A stretch of DNA of 64,000 bases from a virus, in IMG/VR virus record IMGVR_UViG_3300030380_006811, positions 32,001-96,000 of that record, one strand, 5' to 3'. Below are positions 59,550 to 64,000 of the stretch, piece after piece. Within the stretch, counting starts at the first letter, position 1. Every line of letters begins with the position of its first letter. The notes under the pieces are model-generated. The model worked only from the letters and a program-made list of their open reading frames with translations, made no database searches and had not been told where the DNA came from. The position numbers and the translations under genes were made by a program.

Positions 59550-59840
59550 ATGTCAAATTTAAACGAAGTGTTAGCATTCATTAAAAATGCAAATAGATCC
59601 GAATTAAAAGAAATTTATAATGCTTATGCAATTGGAATGTCAGTTGTAAGACACGAGCAAAAAGAATCATTTAAAATTGGTGATATTGTTAAAATTAATC
59701 ATAAAACGGTTAATGATAATGATAGATTTAGAGTAATTAAAATTATGTCTAAAAATATTAAAGTAGTAAAAACTAATGTTCCTGAAGGTCGTATTGCAGG
59801 AGAAATTAGAGTTTCACCAGGTTTATTAGAAGTTGCCTAA
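59550..59840 (+). CDS. Small SH3/KOW-like protein
   Basis: FKIGDIV...VIKI..KNIKV...RVSP.LL. Confidence 0.6.
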   Translation: MSNLNEVLAFIKNANRSELKEIYNAYAIGMSVVRHEQKESFKIGDIVKINHKTVNDNDRFRVIKIMSKNIKVVKTNVPEGRIAGEIRVSPGLLEVA

Positions 59841-59858
59841 AAAGTAATGCACAGGGAG

Positions 59859-59888
59859 CTTGGCTACCCAGGCTCCCTTTCGTATATT
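59859..59888 (+). promoter_or_regulatory. Early-type promoter embedded in a terminator-like hairpin
   Basis: CTTGG-N17-CGTATATT; hairpin 59853-59878. Confidence 0.75.
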
Positions 59889-59926
59889 TACCCCATATTA
59901 ATAATTTAAAAATTAAAATAAGAGTT

Positions 59927-60811
59927 ATGTTAGATTTAAGTAAAAGTCAAGAGTTAAGTAAAGATGAGTTAAGAGAGATCGCTCCAAGTATCTTCTCAAC
60001 TAAGCCTTCTCCCGAGGTATCAAAGAAATATTCACATATTCCAACTGATAAGTTAATTGATGATATGAAATTATTAGGTTGGAAAGCTATTGATGCTAAG
60101 GAAGTTAATGCTAGACAAAAAAGTACTAGAGGTTTCCAAAAACACCTTGTAGTATTTAGAAATCCTGATATTGTAATTAATCATAATCCAAATGGTTTAA
60201 CTAAAGATAGTACTTCTCCTACAGGATGGAGAAATTCAGATGGTACTTTCGGTAAGAAAAATAGTGTTGATACTGTTTTTCCACAAATCCTATTAACTAA
60301 TTCACATGATGGTAAAAATGCATTTACCTTTACTGCAGGATTATTTAGAATGATCTGTGAAAATGGTTTAGTTGTTTCTACTAATGAATTTGAAAAAGTA
60401 GCAATTAGACATATGGGGTATGATTTTGATGAATTACAAAAGCAAATTACTGAAATGGTTGAAAAATTACCATTAACTGTAGAATCAATGAATAAAATGA
60501 TTGATACTAAAATGGAGCAAAAAGCAATTGTTGATTTTGCTAAAGATATGCTTGCAGTTAGATTCCCAGAAGAGGAATTAAAAAGAATTACTATTGATAT
60601 GGATGAATTTATTACTCCAGTTAGACCTGAAGATAAAGGGAAAGATTTATGGAGTGTATTTAATGTAATTCAAGAAAAAATCATTGAAGGTGATTTTGAG
60701 TATACAGTAGGTAGTAAGCATAGAAAAGCTAGACAAATTAAAAACTTTAAACAAGATATGGATTTGAATAGTAAAATGTTTGATATTGCACTTGAATACG
60801 TTAATGCTTAA
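59927..60811 (+). CDS. DUF932/DUF945-like protein
   Basis: S.KY..IPT, KH...F, NSHDG, G.FR..C.NGL, LW.VFN.IQE. Confidence 0.82.
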   Translation: MLDLSKSQELSKDELREIAPSIFSTKPSPEVSKKYSHIPTDKLIDDMKLLGWKAIDAKEVNARQKSTRGFQKHLVVFRNPDIVINHNPNGLTKDSTSPTGWRNSDGTFGKKNSVDTVFPQILLTNSHDGKNAFTFTAGLFRMICENGLVVSTNEFEKVAIRHMGYDFDELQKQITEMVEKLPLTVESMNKMIDTKMEQKAIVDFAKDMLAVRFPEEELKRITIDMDEFITPVRPEDKGKDLWSVFNVIQEKIIEGDFEYTVGSKHRKARQIKNFKQDMDLNSKMFDIALEYVNA

Positions 60812-61443
60812 TGAAAAAGTTTATTTACATAACCTTAATAAGTTTCCTTTGGGCGTGTAGCCCAGAGGAGCTTATTGAAAATTACCCATGTATAGGGGAT
60901 TGTGATACAGCTTTTTATATTGATCCTTTAGTATCACCTGGTGTTTATCAAGACGAAAATGGATATTGGCATATTGAACATCAAGGATATAATTATTTTA
61001 CTATTAAAGGTAATACTAGTGAATTGCATCCTGATTATGTTGTTAATGATGTTCCCTTAATTGAAACCGTTTTTGATTCTAATTATTGGGTTTGGATTGA
61101 TAGTATAACATTTACAGTTCCATTATATAGTGTATTAAGTTATTTTACAGATGGTAATTATAATAATCCAATTCCTATAGGCAATTTAACATATACTATA
61201 GAGGATATGGCTGATGTTCATCCTCCCTTAAATATTGTTGGTTATTCGGTAAACCCCAATCAGTGTTTTGATTGTCCTTATTCTGAAACACTTATAGGTA
61301 CTTATAGTAAGTATAATTATACACCTCAACAACAAATATTTTTTGATAATGAAATGGTAGGAGATACAGCTACAGTATTTGTAAAAACGGTATTTAATAG
61401 TGAAATTGAAGTTGAAAAAGAATTTAATATTATATTTGAATAA
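60811..61443 (+). CDS. Putative lipoprotein
   Basis: Lipobox-like LWAC. Confidence 0.65.
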   Translation: MKKFIYITLISFLWACSPEELIENYPCIGDCDTAFYIDPLVSPGVYQDENGYWHIEHQGYNYFTIKGNTSELHPDYVVNDVPLIETVFDSNYWVWIDSITFTVPLYSVLSYFTDGNYNNPIPIGNLTYTIEDMADVHPPLNIVGYSVNPNQCFDCPYSETLIGTYSKYNYTPQQQIFFDNEMVGDTATVFVKTVFNSEIEVEKEFNIIFE

Positions 61444-61584
61444 TGAATTATCAAATTAAAGAACAATTGTATTTAAAAATAAATAAAGCCATTGATTCAT
61501 TGGAATCTAGAGATATAAATGGTACCTTACTAATATTAGAAAGTTTAAGAAAAGAAATACAGGATAATATTTACGATTAAAATT

Positions 61585-61767
61585 ATGACAAAAGAAGAAC
61601 AAAAAATAGAATTAATTAATGACCTAATTGCTACTTCAACCGTGTTAGATGAATTATGGAATTATCACCCTAATAACCCTGATAGAAAAGATGTGGTTAA
61701 TGAATATGAAACTCTTAAGAAAATTCAGAGTGATATTGAAAAAGAAATAGCTGAGTTGGAGAAGTAG
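61585..61767 (+). CDS. Small hypothetical protein
   Basis: LW.YHP.NP motif. Confidence 0.6.
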   Translation: MTKEEQKIELINDLIATSTVLDELWNYHPNNPDRKDVVNEYETLKKIQSDIEKEIAELEK

Positions 61768-61792
61768 TACATATTTATAACCAAACGTTATT

Positions 61793-62137
61793 ATGTACAT
61801 ATATAAAGCAAAATGTTTAAGAGTCGTTGATGGAGATACCGTTGATGCTCAAATAGACTTAGGATTTGATACCCATAAAGTCATCAGAATAAGATTAGTT
61901 GGTGTTAATGCTGCCGAATCTCGTACTCGTGATCTTGAAGAAAAAGCAAGGGGTTTAGCTGCTAAACAATTTGTAAAAGATATTTTAAGTAAACATAAAA
62001 ATGAATTTATTTTGCACTCTCAAGGTGTTGGTAAGTATGGAAGATGTTTAGGAGAAATATTTTTAGGGGATGTAAAACTAAATGATTTATTAATTACAGA
62101 AGGACATGCTGTAGAATATTTTGGAGGTAAAAGATGA
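61793..62137 (+). CDS. Thermonuclease (SNase-like)
   Basis: RVVDGDT, RL.G..A.E, GKYGR.L. Confidence 0.88.
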   Translation: MYIYKAKCLRVVDGDTVDAQIDLGFDTHKVIRIRLVGVNAAESRTRDLEEKARGLAAKQFVKDILSKHKNEFILHSQGVGKYGRCLGEIFLGDVKLNDLLITEGHAVEYFGGKR

Positions 62138-62559
62138 TAGATAAGGATAAAATATTTCAATTGTTTGTTGATGGGAAAGAAATTAGTGATGAAAAAACTA
62201 AATCTGAGATAAAAGAATTTATGAACGGCCCATTTGCTAAGATTGGAATGTTTGTTAAATTAATCCAAAACCATAAAATATTCCATCAAAAACTTGAAAA
62301 ATTTCTTAAAAAAGAACAACCTAATTATAATGTCCAATCTACTAAAGAAGCATCGGAACATACGATTTATAACAGATCGTGGTCATATATTAAAAATATT
62401 AGTTTAGATGATAGTGATGATGTAAATGCAATTATAAATTTTGACAATAAGGTATTCAATCAGGCATTAGAAGGTGCTATTAGATTTTTTGAACAGTATG
62501 AGGAATATGAAAAATGTGCCCATCTCCATAATATTCAGGAAGTAGTTAAAAGAATTTAA
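62134..62559 (+). CDS. Hypothetical protein with UVR-like tail
   Basis: EEYEKCA. Confidence 0.6.
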   Translation: MIDKDKIFQLFVDGKEISDEKTKSEIKEFMNGPFAKIGMFVKLIQNHKIFHQKLEKFLKKEQPNYNVQSTKEASEHTIYNRSWSYIKNISLDDSDDVNAIINFDNKVFNQALEGAIRFFEQYEEYEKCAHLHNIQEVVKRI

Positions 62560-62566
62560 AAAATAA

Positions 62567-62596
62567 TTTGGATTAGTAAAATACTCCACGTACCTT
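62567..62596 (+). promoter_or_regulatory. Early-type promoter variant
   Basis: TTTGG-N17-CGTACCTT. Confidence 0.55.
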
Positions 62597-62692
62597 AGGA
62601 TTACAGGTTTGTTAGAAAAAAGGGAATAAGAAGGAGTGGGAATAAAGGTAATAAAAGGGTTATGAGACACCCTGTTAATCAATAAAATAAAT

Positions 62693-62857
62693 ATGAAAAA
62701 TCAAGAATACGTTATCAGATTACTTGAAAGGTTAGAAGATAAATTCGCACAATTAGAATTTATAACTACCAGACAAGAACCATTAGAAACTTATAAGAAA
62801 GTTATTAATGAAAGCAAAGAAATAATATCAGACGTTAAATCAGCAATAGAAAGATAA
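62693..62857 (+). CDS. Small coiled-coil protein (54 aa, not in track)
   Basis: MKNQEYVIRLL...AIER. Confidence 0.55.
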   Translation: MKNQEYVIRLLERLEDKFAQLEFITTRQEPLETYKKVINESKEIISDVKSAIER

Positions 62858-62870
62858 ATAAATAAAGGTT

Positions 62871-63644
62871 ATGAAATTAACAGCAGAACAAATCCAATCA
62901 AATTGGGAAGTATTCCTAAACAATATAAAAGTACACATCCCAGGAAATAGGGGTGAGCAATTGATTAATTTTTATAAACGTTACGAAGAACGTGTTATAT
63001 TAATGCCAGCTGCTCATAAAAAAGAATATCATGGGGCATTCCCAGGAGGTTATGTTGCTCATGTAAATAGAGTAGTTGATGGATCCCTTAGATTATATGA
63101 TATGTGGGAAGAAATGGGTTGTGATATGACTACATTTACTAAAGAAGAATTAGTATTCTCTGCTATTAATCATGACCTAGGTAAAATGGGAGATAAAGAC
63201 CATGAATCATATATCCCTCAGACCGACCAATGGAGAAAAGATAAGCTAGGTGAGGATTACATGTTTAATAAACAATTAGCATTTTGTTCTGTACCTGATA
63301 GAGGTTTATTTTTATTACAACAGCATGATATTTCTTATTCATTTAATGAAATGGTAGCCATTCAAACTCATGATGGTTTATACGATGATGCTAATGTAAA
63401 ATATCTTAAAACTTTCTTACCTGAACAAAAACCCCGTACATCACTTCCATATATCTTACACCAGGCAGATTTAATGGCTGCTCGTATAGAATTTGAACAG
63501 GAATGGTTACCTAAATTAAAAGAAAAAAATAGCGTGGAACCACAAAAAAAGAATTTTACCTTAAAGTCAAAATCAACAGCAAAATCAAAGGCCCTAAATA
63601 CAGTTTCAAGCCCAGGGTTGAAAAATATGCTAGATAGTTTATGA
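62871..63644 (+). CDS. HD-domain phosphohydrolase
   Basis: H.AFPGG...H, HDLGK, HDG, H.AD. Confidence 0.85.
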   Translation: MKLTAEQIQSNWEVFLNNIKVHIPGNRGEQLINFYKRYEERVILMPAAHKKEYHGAFPGGYVAHVNRVVDGSLRLYDMWEEMGCDMTTFTKEELVFSAINHDLGKMGDKDHESYIPQTDQWRKDKLGEDYMFNKQLAFCSVPDRGLFLLQQHDISYSFNEMVAIQTHDGLYDDANVKYLKTFLPEQKPRTSLPYILHQADLMAARIEFEQEWLPKLKEKNSVEPQKKNFTLKSKSTAKSKALNTVSSPGLKNMLDSL

Positions 63645-63916
63645 TATTAGAGATTATAATTGGAATATTGGGTTTATTAGTCGTTATCTTAGGGTATACG
63701 ACTTTTAACCTTTTACGTAAAAATGAAAGAGCAGAAGATATTATAGTTCAGTATAATGATTATTTAACTGAATTTAATAAACAGATTTCATTTACAAGTG
63801 AACGTTTATCTAAAATAGATGCTAAGGGTACATTTGAAAGTGATGATGAAATTGGTTGGTTTTTTAAGCAAATAAAAAATTTACAGGAGGGAATAGATAA
63901 ATTCCGCATTAACTAA
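63641..63916 (+). CDS. TM-anchored coiled-coil protein
   Basis: TM, F.SDDE.GWFF. Confidence 0.6.
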   Translation: MILEIIIGILGLLVVILGYTTFNLLRKNERAEDIIVQYNDYLTEFNKQISFTSERLSKIDAKGTFESDDEIGWFFKQIKNLQEGIDKFRIN

Positions 63917-63919
63917 CTA

Positions 63920-64000
63920 ATGGTAAGAAAAAGAAGAAAAAAGAGTAAAAATTATTTTACTCAAGAGACAGAGGACTATATTGTAAAATACAATAATGAA
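63920..64000 (+). CDS. Partial CDS, possibly phage (late) sigma-factor N-terminus
   Basis: MVRKRRKKSKNYFTQETEDYIVKYN; truncated by the window end. Confidence 0.35.
   Translation, partial: MVRKRRKKSKNYFTQETEDYIVKYNNE

Noticed and set aside
1-64000. Bacterial chromosome origin of the window (groEL, que genes, nrdAB)
   Set aside because: T4-like PolB, clamp, loader and helicase, near single-strand gene packing and many tiny ORFs indicate a phage

Overview
This is a 64 kb segment of a large, AT-rich tailed dsDNA phage with a T4-like/jumbo-type replication module. The host is very probably Bacteroidota (Flavobacteriia), judged from Bacteroidota-type TTTG/TAnnTT promoters, a T9SS-CTD protein and flavobacterial-type genes. 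Nearly all genes are on the + strand in the standard code. Contents: 5'-3' exonuclease, DnaB-type helicase, class I RNR, a T9SS-cargo/outer-membrane/lysis-like block, a 7-deazaguanine DNA-modification cluster (DpdA-like, QueC/D/E, FolE, plus PRTase and a MazG-like enzyme), a family B DNA polymerase split into two genes 1.7 kb apart, clamp and clamp loader, Hsp20/GroES/GroEL, a Cas4-like nuclease, a ~9 kb glycosyltransferase island, DNA ligase and many small early genes. The most striking unexplained signals are: (i) a ~260 nt GC-richer, multi-helix, pseudoknotted non-coding RNA candidate at 47.8-48.1 kb; (ii) a tRNA-like gene with 39 extra nt in its anticodon loop inside the que cluster; (iii) the split PolB beside the deazaguanine/nucleotide-pool genes; (iv) a phage-encoded T9SS cargo plus beta-barrel operon; (v) an inverted repeat bracketing hsp20; and (vi) two promoter classes plus an AAGGTT-ATG initiation motif. 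All functional calls come from motif recognition by eye; no searches were run.
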